From the NCBI GenBank assembly GCA_030390025.1, contig JASTWF010000031.1, positions 5,456,001 through 5,520,000 on the forward strand: 64,000 nt of DNA, written 5' to 3'. Origin of the DNA: Squalus acanthias. Taxonomy: Eukaryota. Every line of letters begins with the position of its first letter. The stretch's first letter is position 1. Position numbers and translations under genes: made by a program. Shown piece after piece: positions 25,824-38,609 of this stretch. The notes under the pieces are model-generated. The model saw nothing but the letters and a program-made list of their open reading frames with translations. It was not told the origin of the DNA and did no database searches.

Positions 25824-26723
25824 ATTGTGTATATTTTAATTGATAATACCAAGGACAGACACTTAAGTATAGAATAGATATTTCATCAGTTATAAGCTAT
25901 TTTAATTACTTCGCAAGTATGAGGAAATAATGTGTAATGCATAGTATGACCGTGAGTTTTGATAAATACCTCCACAACTGAGGCCAGGTGTATCTGGTTA
26001 ACCTCACATGTAAAACTATTTATCCCATTTCACAACTGGCCATGACATATCCTCTCTATAAGACTTGCAATGCTTTATTTAAATTGAGGAGCCAAGGTGA
26101 AGGGCCAAGGCCCTTCGTGCTGGGCAGCATCGAGCTTAAAGAGTAGAATAAATCAAGAAGTAACAGTTCACGTTGGATGTTAAAAGCCTGCAGTTCAGGT
26201 GGATATAAAAAATTCCATGGCACTATTCAAAAAAAGAGCAGAGAGTTCTCCCAGTGTCCAAACTACCAACATCATTAAATGATTACGTTCATTTGGTGTT
26301 TGGGGAAGCTTGCTGTGTGCACATTGGGATACCAAATGTCACTACACTTCAAAAGGTAGAGTTTCATGGATTTTTGGTGTTAGGAAAGAATGAAATAGAG
26401 TGTAGGCAATGTGTTGAGTCTTGATTCCAACATGGTGTGGTTGCAGTGAAGAGGAAGAACATGTAGGATTGTGTATTTGGAGCTGAGGGGTATTTTATTT
26501 AGAAGTATTACTGTATTTTATGACTCTAGGCTGCAGGTTATGCTTTTATTGCACTAGCTGCTATGGCCATTACCCGTTTGTAGCCTTTATGCAAACTTCA
26601 CTGCTCTCGTTCATCTGGTGTTTTCTCTTGGCGTCAAGTGTCAGCTTGGCTCCGTTGTGGCACTCTTTCCTCTGAGTGAAAAGGTTGTGGGTTCAAGCCC
26701 CTCTCTACTGCCTTGAACACATA

Positions 26724-27525
26724 CGCCCTGATTTTAACTCGGGGTGGGAGTCGGGCGGGCGTTTCTCGAGGCAGGCGGCAAACTGTCCCGACCTCGGCAG
26801 CATGAGGCCCGGGAGATTTTGACTCCCGGGCTTTATCTGTATAACCTCAGTCAGTCTCCTGCCCGAAACCGGTGGGAAGTAGCAGTTGGCCGGCGGGAGG
26901 CAGCTGCTGGAGTCCGAAGGAGGGGCCCCAGCACTCAGGTAAGTCACCCGGGAGGGGCCTTACGATCCGGGAAGGAGGGGGGAAGCCCGGGGCAGGGGAG
27001 GCCTAAAATTTCTTTGTGGGGCCCTGATGAGCATTCCTGCTCCTCCTGTTCCTGCAAGGAAAGTCACTAAAAGTAAAACCGCTTACCTTTTTGGGCCTCT
27101 TCTGGCCCCGGCTCCTCTTCCTACTAGGTTGGCCTGGCCTCTGGTTCCAATAGCAGTCGGGTCCCGATGGTGTCATCAGAGCCTGATCTGCATATTTCAA
27201 GAAGGACCCCGACGGTTTCCAGTGGGTGTCCCTCCCGCCTGCTCAGAAGAGCAAGTTAAAATCGGAAATTTTGGGAAGAGAGCAGGACCTCAGTGGGTTA
27301 GACCCCCGGCTGATTTTAACTGCCCGCCCGCCAGCGTTCCCTCTAAGCTGCGTAGCTCTCTGCCAGTCCCGTGCAACCCGGGACTGGCTTCTTCAATGTT
27401 AAATTTCGAGAAACTGTGAATGGGCCACACAGCCCTTAAAGGGGCCGCACCCCCCCAAAAAAAATTAGGGGGAACATTGCTGCCCGCTCGTTTTCCGCCA
27501 GGCAGGTAGGGTTAAAATTGCCCCA
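26724..27525. mobile_element. Harbinger-like MITE nested in the SINE
   Basis: Degenerate TIRs sharing ATTTTAAC / GTTAAAAT; 3-bp TSD ATA, whose removal restores the SINE sequence. Confidence 0.75.
27332..27479. mobile_element. hAT MITE (same family as 25661, opposite orientation) nested in the Harbinger-like MITE
   Basis: TIRs CAGCGTTCCCTCTAA / TTAGGGGGAACATTG; 8-bp TSD CCGCCCGC / CTGCCCGC (one CpG transition). Confidence 0.85.
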
Positions 27526-29084
27526 ATAATTGAGACTGACACTTCAGTGCAGTACTGACACAGTGCTGCATTGTTAGTGGTGCCATCTTTTAGATGAGAT
27601 GTTATTAAACCAAGGCCACGTTTGCTTGTTCAGGTAGATATAAGATTCCATGGCACTATTCAAAAAAAAGCAGGAAGTTCTCCCAGGGTCCAACATACCT
27701 ACATCTACCAACACCATCACAAGCAGATTATATGTTCATTTGGTGTTTGTGAAAACTCTCTGAGTTCACATTGCCATAACAACTGTCATCACACTTCGAA
27801 GGTAATCCGCTGTAAACCACTTTGAGATGACCTGAGGATGTGCTAAAAGTGCTGTTTAGATGCAAGTTCTTTCTTTATCTGCTTTCCCCTCCTGCTAGCT
27901 AAAGTGGTCCTGCCTGATTTGCACTCTGTCCCATGCTGAGCCCATCATCATCATCCACCACAACCAGCTTGAGCATACAATAAAACTCTGTCGCGCGGCC
28001 CCAGATTCCAGCTGCTCTCTGCTGACTCTTTGCCACTCATTACCTGAGGTCTGGTATTCTGCTTCAGGCTACAAATCCAATTCCCACTGCTTCTGTTCCC
28101 CTCACCATCTTAGTGCTGGGAAAATGCACTCTGTCTCCTCATATGCTAAGTCATCATTTTTATGCTGGGTAAAGACGTTTTCTGTTTATTGCAGGGACAG
28201 TTGCCATCTTTGTGCTGGATAAATTATTGTTGTTTCCACTTAGGCCGAGTCATCACCTTTATTTCTGGCTTATGCATATGTGCGCTCTATCTGCTTTTCT
28301 TACTGAAATGAAACTAATGAATGTATGCAGCCTATACAGGCGTGCAGCCTATAGCCATAAGAATATAAGTGTATTTTCATCTAAAAAGCATATAAATTTA
28401 ATTCATATTTTTAAAGCCCAAGAAAGCGCAGAAGAAATTACCTGATGATGTATTTTTGTCATGGTGATGTTGTACCAGGGGAAATATCATTTTTATTTCC
28501 TCTGATATTTCTACACATGAATGTTGAGTTGTGAAAAGCTCCCGCATTTGTAGGAATATTGGCCATGCAATATTTTCTTTTGATTTTATGGATGTTGTCA
28601 CCAATCATAAAGAATTTGGAGGGTTAAGTGATAATTCATCATGATGATTGTGTCACCAACAGTACAAATAATAATACAAATAACAATTTATTATATATTA
28701 AAATATTGAGTGGTCTCAAGATTCAAAAGGTACTGTGCCTATAGGTGGCTCTGTGAATGGAACGTTACATGACTCGTTGAGTTTAATGGGGCAGCACTTA
28801 ACGCTGTATCACTACTAAACTCTCAGTAGTGCAAAAGCAAAAAAATCACAGTACTGGGCCCTGGATAAGTGCAAGTGTGTGGAGCCTATTAAATATAGCA
28901 GCTTTATAAATTCCGATACTGCTGTTGAAAGGTCAGTGAATGTTTATTGAATACTAATGCCTAGGTAAGCAGTTAACTAAACAACTGCAAAATCTTGTCA
29001 GGAAAGTTGCAGGCACATGGATAGTGGTACATTATTTAAAACTGGCTGATAAGATTTGCAGTAAAATGAGAACGCGTTAATGCA

Positions 29085-30150
29085 GACACCCCTCACCTCG
29101 CCTAAATCACCAGCTCTTCACCCGATGCCCAAGTTTGCCGACATCGTTATCACAAACCGCTTTTGAGCAAAGATAGGCCAATCTGCAATGACGCAAGTAA
29201 TGAACAACCCGATACTCCCCTAACTGCATTGGAAAAACTTCGGTCACCAGACCTTCCAAGTAAAAAATAGCAGACTTCTTGAAAATCCAAACTAGCACAT
29301 AGCAGGCCATACATTACTACTTGATCCAACCCCCAACCTCCCCACCGAGCAGAGATCAGGTACTGCTGTCCATATCACTAAATACCAAACTTTTAGATGA
29401 ACCAAACCCCCTCCCCACAATGAGCAGAAAGCAGGAACTTTCCCACCTGAGCCCTGATGATCAGAAATTGGGTTTGGCAGACCCAACCAATTGAACAGAC
29501 ACTGAGACGAATCACTTAGCTTACCAAGATCGGTTGTCACATCCCCCCAACCTCCACTGAGCAGGCATCAGACACCATTTCCCCAACCACCTGAGTATAT
29601 AGTCCGACCAGCCCCTCCCTATTCCCAAGAAGAGTTCGAGCACCATTTCCCATAACAGACTGACCAGACAGTGTGCTCCCCTCTCGCTAAGAAGAGATTA
29701 AGCGTCATTCCTCTGACCCAAATAGCCCCGCCCAAGAAGCAGAGATAGCAGCCAACAACCCCTACTGACCAGAAGCCTCCAGCACCACCTCCATCATACC
29801 ACCCTTCAAATGAGCAGAAATGGCTGCAACCATTCCCCCTTTTTCTTCCCTTCCCCACCCCCTCCCAGTCCAAATGTGAGAAAATGGATCCAGATCCAGT
29901 GCCATGCACTCTTCATTGGGCTCCATTGCCTCCTATCCTCCACCTCCTCCTCCTCCTGCCCATCCCTTTCCTCTTCTCCTTCTCACACTGCTCCAATCCC
30001 CGTCCCCCACGCCACTCACCTCTTTTCCCTGCCTATCCTTTGCTCCTCTCCCAACTATATCCTCACCTCTCACCCTCCATCCATCTCCTCCTCTCCTCCT
30101 ATCTCTTTCCTTCCCCACTCTCCTGAACATCCTCCCCCTTGTAGGTCCAG
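29085..30150. repeat. C-rich decayed tandem or low-complexity region, unclassified
   Basis: Recurring GAGCAG...CACCATTTCCC-like units, then a CT-rich polypyrimidine tract at ~29920-30140. Confidence 0.45.
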
Positions 30151-30848
30151 TTAACCCACCGCTGTCTAACCTGTTTGACCTGAATTATTGGGCTTGGTCT
30201 TGACTCCCCATGGGGAACGCCACAGCCGATCAACTAGTGAATATATAATTAGTGTGCTGTAATTCAGTTGAGCAATTCTGGTAATATCATAAACTGGGCA
30301 ATGTATTATCTTTTTGTTCCTGTATATAATATAGACTAATAAGGTACTGTATTATTTTGTTAAATATATTTTCCAAGTTCTTTAAATAAAGACAGCCCTA
30401 AGCACAGTTATACGGGACAGGTAGTGTGCACTAGGTGAAAGTAACATTGGATCAGAAATTGCCTGGGACCATGTGACAAGCAGTAAATTTGAGTTTTTGG
30501 GAGCCTGAGTTAAACTGATAAATGATAACCTTGAAATTATGCCATGTAAATATTACCTTAACGCAATCATATTAAGTTCCTCTATCCAAAACTTTAACAG
30601 AGATATACACCTGCTTAAACTAAAACAGCAGACAGAGGAATGTCATGCAAATGAGTTAAATATTTGTACATTAATATTTGCCCAGCATAATTTAAGACCA
30701 CATTGGATTGTTATATAGAATACACCAGTGATGGTTAGTGTTGCAAAAAAACAAAATCTCCACAAATTATGAATTATTTTATGCAAGTAAAAATGAAATA
30801 CAAATGGTGAAATTTCTGTCTATTTTATTTTACCTTTGAAAAAACACT

Positions 30849-31367
30849 GGGATGAATTTTCCTGGACCCCCAGCACACTTCAGGAGCACTGCACCTGTCC
30901 AAGCTCATCTCTATCTGAATTTGGTGGGCCGAGTCATTTCCATGGCCCAGTCACACACTTGGCACAGGCCCGCTCCATGGCCAGGCCTAACACCTGGGGT
31001 GGAGCAGAAATATTCACTGCTGCTGTCGGCTTGAGAGGCCTTCAAGAGTAGCAACACCTGCCATAGTTGGGGCCTTGTGGCTGCTGCCCATCAACAGCAA
31101 CAAGAGGACTCCAGTAGATCCCTGGCCTGAGTCCCTAGACACAACAGAAGGGTCTTACCGGCAGGGCTGTTACCAGACACTCTCCAATCAGAGAGCAACC
31201 TGGGGGCATGGCTCCCATTCCCTCCTATCCCAGAAAAAGCTCTGGAAATCCTCGGCCTACATAAAGAAGACAGAGGCCCAACATCATGTGTCTTCGTCGC
31301 ATTTCCTGTCACTTAGTGCCCAGTGAAAAAGCATTCCATGCGCGCTAGTGACGGAAAAATTAGTCCC
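30849..31367. mobile_element. Harbinger-like MITE
   Basis: TIRs GGGATGAATTTTCC / GGAAAAATTAGTCCC; flanks ACT / AGT within a palindromic context ACACT...AGTGT. Confidence 0.6.
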
Positions 31368-33079
31368 AGTGTCATTATGACTGGGGAGGAAGAACAACTT
31401 AACAGTTCTGCATTATTTTTTGTCACAATTATAAACTTTCCAACCAGAGGGGAATTTTATGTGAGTGAAGACTCAAATAAGAGCTAAAGGTGAAAGCTAC
31501 CTGAATTTGCTGGGGATTCAGGGCTAATATAGGTTCCCCGAAGTTTAAAAAAAATCTTTTAACATTTATTTTGTTTGATACTAAATATACCAGCAAATTA
31601 AGTAATGGTGTTAGTCAGTCTAGCTATCTATCTGTCTTGTGCCTGTGCATCTGTTGTATTGTACGATTGTAATGAGCCTCTAGCATTGCTTCTTGGTCCA
31701 TGTGCATCAATCAGATCCTAATATTAGTCCATGCACCTTGCACCAATCAGATCATTTGAAAATAAATGCTGATCTTTTTTCAGCCAGCATTATATTTTCT
31801 CATCCAGTTTAGTACATCATTAATACATGCAAAATTCTGTCATTCACTAAAAATGTTCTAACTTCCCCTGCCCCTTTCCAATCCAAGTCAAAGTCCTTGA
31901 CCCCACATCTTTCCACATCCCTGTACTCCAAGGCCTGCTCAAATTTCATCCCAACATTTTTCAGGCCCAAAGTGAAGAACACACAAACATGTGCAAACAC
32001 AGCAGACCAAATGCATGTGCATGCTGATGATTCCACCGCTCCTTATCCTCTGATGCTGACTCAGCTGCTCCACACTCTCTTCAACACTCTTGCTTAGTGC
32101 AGACTCTTGCCACTCCCTACTCATTTCCTCCGACACTTCTGGTCTAAGGAAGAGAGCAACAGAGATAGAAAAACAGAAAGAGAGAGGGTAACATGGACAG
32201 ATTAATGGGGAAAATACAGAGAAAAAGTGTTAGATAAATTGAGACTGAGGCAGAAAAAAAAAGAGTAACAGGTACACATTACAAGAGTTACAGAAGGGTT
32301 GAGTGCAATAGAGATAAAAGCAGTGAACCAAATATACATGGGAAACCATATAACAGCTTCTCCGGTGATCTCCAAACTTCCTGACATGGATATGCATATT
32401 AGGTGCATGCAAAATAGACACATGGAGCCACAGGGGCAAAGCACTGTCCTCTGTTACCCAAATAATCACAACCCAGAAAGCACAAAGCAATCCAGAAGCA
32501 GCACCCGCAGAACCAGTCCAAATTCAGCCTTGGTAGCCTATTGAGTGCACCCAGTTTCCAACTCATCCCCAATGGATAAAGTCAGCAACAACTGCTACAA
32601 AACAAAGATGTAGCATCAGCTCAATAAACGTAATATGTGTAGAACCCAACACTCCACACCTCAAAACTACTTAGGAGCATTGCTACATTAAAAAGCATAG
32701 GTGATGGTTTAGAAATGTGGATGCCACCTTTAAAATAAGGGTGAGTTGGAAGTTGGAAATTATGTCATGTGTGACCACATTTTAAAAAAACCACTATCAT
32801 ATGCTTTAACATAAATTATGTAACGACATCCAAGTGTTTGGTGAACAAAAATAGTTTGCAAAACGCTTTTTGACAAAGGTTCCAATGTGTATTTGTTCCA
32901 ACATATGCTAGGAAGCCACTTGTTCAGATTCTGGTGTGATAGTTCAACGTAATAAAATTGTTTATAATTTCACGATAGTAAATTATCACATGAGTGAATA
33001 TTCCAATTTAGGGAACGAATGCAATGTAATTTTGCTGAAAACAACATTGTCTTTTAGCCCACAACCCTAGCCTATGATT

Positions 33080-33560
33080 TAACACACACAACCTGCATAC
33101 GTGGAAGCCCAGGCACACTCCCCCACCCACCTAGGCAATGCACCGCCCAAATACACTTCAATCTGCAAAATCGCCCCACCCCCAACCCCCACTAATTGGT
33201 TCCACGCATTTGATTGACAGCGCTTGGAATCCAAACTCAGGCGGCAATTGCTCAGAAGCGGTGCCAATCATTGCCCACGAAACTTGTCTGCCTCCCTCCT
33301 CCCTGTGCAATCAGCGCGCCTGCGCTGACTTCTCGGCCCCCCCCACTTGACGTCTCAAAGTGCCCGCCCTTTACGCCCGTCTATTGGGTCATCCCGGGTG
33401 ATTGACAGCCAGCCGGTGCGGGAGTCTCTAAGCGTTCATAGGTGGTGAGGCGTGGCAATCACAGAGATCGGACGATTATTGGCCAGTTGGCGGTGTTAAT
33501 CATAGTGATCGAGGCAGACAAGCGCCCTAAGTCCCTCCCCCCTCCGCTAGCCTGGAGACC
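33080..33560 (+). promoter_or_regulatory. CpG-island promoter of MACO1
   Basis: CpG-rich, non-repetitive stretch just upstream of exon 1. CCAAT/ATTGG boxes at 33195, 33264, 33383 and ~33478; two TGATTGACAG decamers at 33211 and 33399; CRE-like TGACGTC at ~33348; GC box CCCGCCC at ~33363. Confidence 0.8.
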
Positions 33561-33797
33561 AAAGACACAGAGAGAGAGAAAAAATATTGGTTTGGACCGA
33601 AAGGGGTTGGTTTCATTTGATTTAATTCTTTGTTTGAAAGGAGAAGAAAACGGAGGGAGGAGGAGGTGGAAAAAAAAAATATTATTTTCCGAATTTAAAA
33701 TTATTCCAAATTAATTTATTTTTTCCATTTTTTATGTAAAAAAAATTATAAAAAGAGAAGGAAAGTGTTTTGAAGAAGGGAAAGGCAGCGAAGGACA

Positions 33798-33877
33798 ATG
33801 AAGAGGCGCAATGCTGATTGCAGCAAGATCAGGAGGCCGTTAAAACGGAACAGAATCACCGAGGGGATATACGGCAG
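33798..33877 (+). CDS. MACO1: Macoilin (TMEM57) coding exon 1 (80 nt, phase 2)
   Basis: ACAATG then MKRRNADCSKIRRPLKRNRITEGIYG(S), then donor CAG|gtaaaa. Nearly identical to the vertebrate macoilin N-terminus (MKRRNADCSKLRRPLKRNRITEGIYGS). Exon 2 (TFLYLKFLVVWALV...) was not found by eye in 33878-64000. Confidence 0.96.
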
Positions 33878-35149
33878 GTAAAAACAAAAACTAAAAATGC
33901 AAACCTTCAACATCTTAAAACGTTTAAAAAAAACAAAACCCCCCCAAAAAAATCGTTCGGCCTGAGGGAAGCGTCTGAGGCGCTCGCTGGGTGTGTGTGT
34001 GTGTGTCTTCTGGAACTGGTTGGACTAGGCCGCGTAGAAGCCTGGGACTCGCGTAAGAGAGAGAGGAAAAATAATTAGAAGCAGCATATTTTTTTGGTTG
34101 GGGGGGGGGGGATGTTCTAGAAACCTGCTTCCCCCCTTTATTTTTTTTACAAAGAAAAATTATTATATGAAGGATTTGAGGATTTTAAACGAAAGTGTTC
34201 GTTTCGTGTGTTACTGTTTGGTGCTGTTTCTAATGACATTGTAATAAAAAGCAGAGTGAGGTGCAGCGAAGGCTGCTGCTCTGTGAGACACTCCAGTGAG
34301 AGCTGTCATAATATGGTCTCTGACTGCCTGCCTGCCAGGGCTTCAGGTAAAGTTCTAACCAGACTCTGCTGAACTGGAATATGAAGTATTTTTGAAGTTT
34401 TTATATATATATATTTTTTGTTGGTGTTGGAAATTACTGTGCTCAATTTTGGAAAAACTATATTCCGTATTACTACTTTTTTTAAAGTAGTATCTAGAAT
34501 GGGTACAAACTATTGTGGAATGGTGATAATCATGTTTTTCTTTGTTAGTTATTCTAGTGGACAAGGTTTAGTATGATTTCCCAAGAACCAATTTTGCTCC
34601 CCTCCCCCCTCCCCCCCCACCTATTCTTTCTCCCCAGTTTTACTTATACAGTCACTTTCTCCAGGGCCAAGTTAGATTATCTTTAATATAGTTTTATACA
34701 GGGAAGACCCGTGTCATTGGTTATAGTTATCAGTGTTGTTGAATACCATAACTTTCTGGAATTTTAATCTCTTGTCTATGTAAAGGTATTTTGTTTTACT
34801 TACTTCAGATCTGTCTTCATTTTCCTTTTAAGGTGTTGCAAAATGGAAATTGTACCATGAAATGTATTTACTCTCTCTGTCTGTCTCTTCCCCCCCCCCC
34901 CCCATTATATTTTGCTATGTTTAATCTAATAATCTTACTATAATTAGCTATGAGTGTTTTCAACTGCCACATTAATTATTACTTTGACTGGGATATTATT
35001 TTAAATGTAATGTAAAATTGAAGTTACCCGGCAATGTTAGGAATGAGAAATCCTGATTCTTTAGCTTTTGATATATTAAAATGATTATTTAAAATCAAAC
35101 ATATTTGTACCTGACACAATTACAATGCTCCAAGTCTGCATTATTGGAC

Positions 35150-35548
35150 TTAAATAATTCACAGCCAATGAAGTACTTTTGAAATATAGTCACTGTTGAA
35201 ATATAGGAAAACGTGGCAACCAATTTGTACACAGCATGGTCCCACTAACAGCAATTAAGTAAATAACCAGATAATGTGTTTTTTTTTTAGTGGCATTGGT
35301 TGAGGGATATTTTTTGGCCTGAACACCAGGTGAACTCCCCTGTTCTTCAAATAATGCCACAGGATCTTTTATGTAGACTTGAGAGGGCATACAGGACCTC
35401 TGTTTCACACCTCATCGGAAAGATGGCACTTCTGATAGTATAGCACTCCCTCAGTACTGCACTGGAGTGTCAGCCTAGATTATGTACTCGAGTCTCTAGA
35501 GTGGGACTTGAACCCGCAGCCTTCTGACTCGGGCGAGATTGCTACCAC
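35150..35548 (-). mobile_element. Deu-domain tRNA-SINE (SacSINE1-like), near full length
   Basis: On -: GGTAGC...GAGTCAGAAGGCTGCGGGTTCAAGTCCCACTC head, CTGACACTCCAGTGCAGTACTGAGGGAGTGCT, then GATCCTGTGGCATTATTTGAAGAACAGGGGAGTTC body. Confidence 0.85.
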
Positions 35549-37461
35549 CGGACAGGGTGACACCTTGTGTCCTTGAAACTCTGACCTGCATTCTTGAGGT
35601 AAGAGTTGAGAGATTGTTGTCAACAGACAAGATCTTCAACTGATACCTTTTTAATTGTATTTTTTTGCAGTTCTTAAATATTTACACTACACATGTGGAT
35701 GCTAATAGTTAAACCTTTAAAAGTCTCTGAGTGGATTCTTTGAACAGCAGATTGGCGATTAGTGTACAGTTGTTGAAAGTGTAGGCTAATGGTACTGACA
35801 CCATCGAAGTAAAATTTGATCCCAATTGGAAGTAACGTTATTCACATTTTGTTATTGAGAAGCAAGTTTTATTCAGAAGCAATTAGAAACTGCAGCAATG
35901 TATTGATGTGGGGCAGAGAAAGTTATAGTTCATGCTTCCTTTAGTGTCCCATTTCAGTGTTTGAAAATAACCCAGTGCAAGTCTAGATAAAGAAGGCTGA
36001 AGTTTGATGATCTGTAATTCAGTTAGATCCAAAGTGGTTAAAGCTAGAAGTTGACAGTTTGCATAGCTTTCCCATGTACGTGGCAGCCTAGCCCACTACA
36101 TGATTAGCGTTCTGCAAATTGGGATAAAAATGTTATCTCAGACTAGTATCAGAAAAATGGAGCCAGCTCTTCAGTTGCCCCTTCCCTTCCTGTACCTGAA
36201 CTATAAAAGACCATTTTTACACTGCAATTTACAGTTCGGATGTCAAGCCATCGGGTGCTGGGAGGCTTGAGTTTGATGACAGCTGACATTGCTGCTGGGA
36301 GCCCCTATTGACACACCACCTTTAGTGCTCTACTATGCTAAAGTTAGTGTGTGGAAAGCATCAGCAGTAAACTTGTGGGACCCTGATGATTTATTTCACT
36401 GGCACTAATGCCTTTAGTAGGTTTGACCAAAATACTTCTGTGGTGGCAGTAATGTATAATACTGCTTGGATTATTCTTGTGTTTGGAATGAATAATGTTT
36501 ACATAAGATTGATTTACAAGTTGAATGAGAAAGTTGCCGTAAAATAAATATTTTAATAAAGTTTAAAGTTGGGGCTAGCCAAAAGGAAACTTGAATCTAA
36601 TTTTATATCTGACAAAAAACAAAGATACTGAAAGCTTTTTGGTACTGCACTGACAGCAAAGTGGTTAACTATTTGAAATCTATATTGCTGTACAGTGATT
36701 GCACCATGGTGTTATTGTCCACAGTAACACAATGCAATTTGGATAAGTTTTTAAAATTGAAACCCAAAGGCATGCTTTGAATTGCAAATTCACCTGCTAA
36801 CAGTGTCCACGCCATGTCAAGTATAAAGGTGTTAGTTTGTCATTTTTCATTGCAACAGTTGTTAGTTGGGGTTCTTATTTGAGGTATTTAAAGATTGTAG
36901 TCAGTCACTGGCATGCCATGACATTGAGACACATATCTGAGACCCCCACGTAGGGAGACGGTTAAGGTCATTTTACTGTTTCGTCATTGTCGATTTGTGA
37001 AAGCGTGTACATAAAGAAAAGAAAATAATTTATTCCATCCAATTTATATTCTGTAATTCAGCGCCAGTACAGGTCATTTTCATTTTCCTCCTGTCATGGC
37101 ACAGAGTTCATATCATTGCACTCTATTGAATCTTGGGTGATAGTTAGCCTTTTTCAACTTCCGTGTAAACATATGTTGAAACTTTTAACTTGTTAACCTC
37201 AAGCTGGAACGAATTTACATCAGTTAAGCTTCTGACCTGTAATTTGGTGCATACTATTCATTATACTGTAAATTTTATAGAGGAATGCATGAAAAAAGCC
37301 TGGCCTATAGGCTGCTGTTTGGTTTACTCGACATGCAAAATAGAATAGTTAACTCCCGCTTGTTCGGTCCATAGAAACATGTCGGGACAGATGTGCTAGT
37401 GAGGTGCCTTTTTCCTGCCTGTAGTGCAAGCTGTCAGGAAAAAAATGAATTTAAACATATT

Positions 37462-38201
37462 GGGCCAGATCTTGCTGGAAAAAAACCATGTATTAACGAC
37501 ACTCTCAGTTATTAATGCACAAATCGGCCAGCAAGTTCAGGGGATTAAGAGATACGGCATGAGTTGCGAATTTCCAGAACTTGCTGGTCGATTTACGTCG
37601 CTCCACTGTTTGCTTTGCACAAACGGCATCTCACCCTTAGCCTCCCCGTTATTTATAAAAACTTGCTGGATGTGCACATTAATTTCCCATTAAACTCACC
37701 GCAGAAAGTTAGGGCTGGAACTTGGCATAAGTACTTTATTAACAACGTGATAATTGTTAATGCAGTGCCAATCAACCTCTCTGGCCTAGAAAGGGAACAA
37801 TTTTGAACTGTTCAATCTCATTCCTGCATGTAGTAAATTGTTGTTGGAGATTTTAAAAATGTTAAATTTTTACATTTTTTTCTTTCCTATCTCTCTCTCT
37901 CTTGCTTAATCCAGTCTTTCTTTCCCTCTATTTCTCTTTCCATACCTGATTTGACTCTAATTCACCTGCTGCAATTCACCCTCCTTCTGTCGTTCCTCTG
38001 GTTCTTTCACAATCCTTAAATCTCATTGGTTAAGGAGCTAGACCATTGGTTCCTCCGTTCACTCAGGTTCCAGATGCCTCATTGCCCTCGCCATGCTGTT
38101 ATCAAGATACGGTGCGAAACATTTTTGAGCTGAAGGGTGCAGGAGAAAGCCTAACTAACAGCGTACACCGCGAGATGCCCCGCTCCAGCAAGATCTGGCC
38201 C
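37462..38201. mobile_element. MITE with 18-bp perfect TIRs (Harbinger-like)
   Basis: GGGCCAGATCTTGCTGGA / TCCAGCAAGATCTGGCCC; flanks ATT / ATA; internal CAACCTCTCTGGCC...TCTCATTCC block shared with 48462 and 63419. Confidence 0.8.
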
Positions 38202-38609
38202 ATAGATGCAGTTTTCCCACAGTAGCATGGTTGCAAGGTGATGGGCCTAGCATCGGAGGTGTAGCGCAGGTTTTGCTTTTGTTCTCTTTTTTAAAACAAG
38301 TCAGTCTTTGTACAAGGTAAAAGCTTTATAATGTTAAACCTTCCATCAACACTTTTATTTTCTATAATATACCTGTTAAGAATCTAATTTTTTCAAATCT
38401 GGCAGGGAATGGAAAATTAACTTAATGCCGGTTTTAACAAAGTCTTGATTTTTATTCTTGTTTACTTGTATGCTATATTTTCTGTTTTGTATGAAGTTTA
38501 TCGGTAAACAAGAAGCTTGCAAGTGACTCTTGATCCCTCTCTGAATTCTGTTTGTGTAAGCTTCTCGCATTAGACATTTTTATCTATCCATATTGTAATG
38601 GCAGCTGGG

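Larger units (their letters stand above)
26630..27872 (+). mobile_element. Deu-domain tRNA-SINE split by nested MITEs
   Basis: Head with B box GGGTTCAAGCCC at ~26690; resumes at ~27526 (CTGACACTTCAGTGCAGTACTG) and runs to an L2-like tail. Confidence 0.8.

Noticed and set aside
33818-34078. ORF-track 86-aa peptide at the MACO1 start
   Set aside because: Out of frame with the true ATG at 33798 and runs into the intron.
35470-35548. tRNA gene
   Set aside because: The A/B-box-like head continues into a SINE body; no full cloverleaf.
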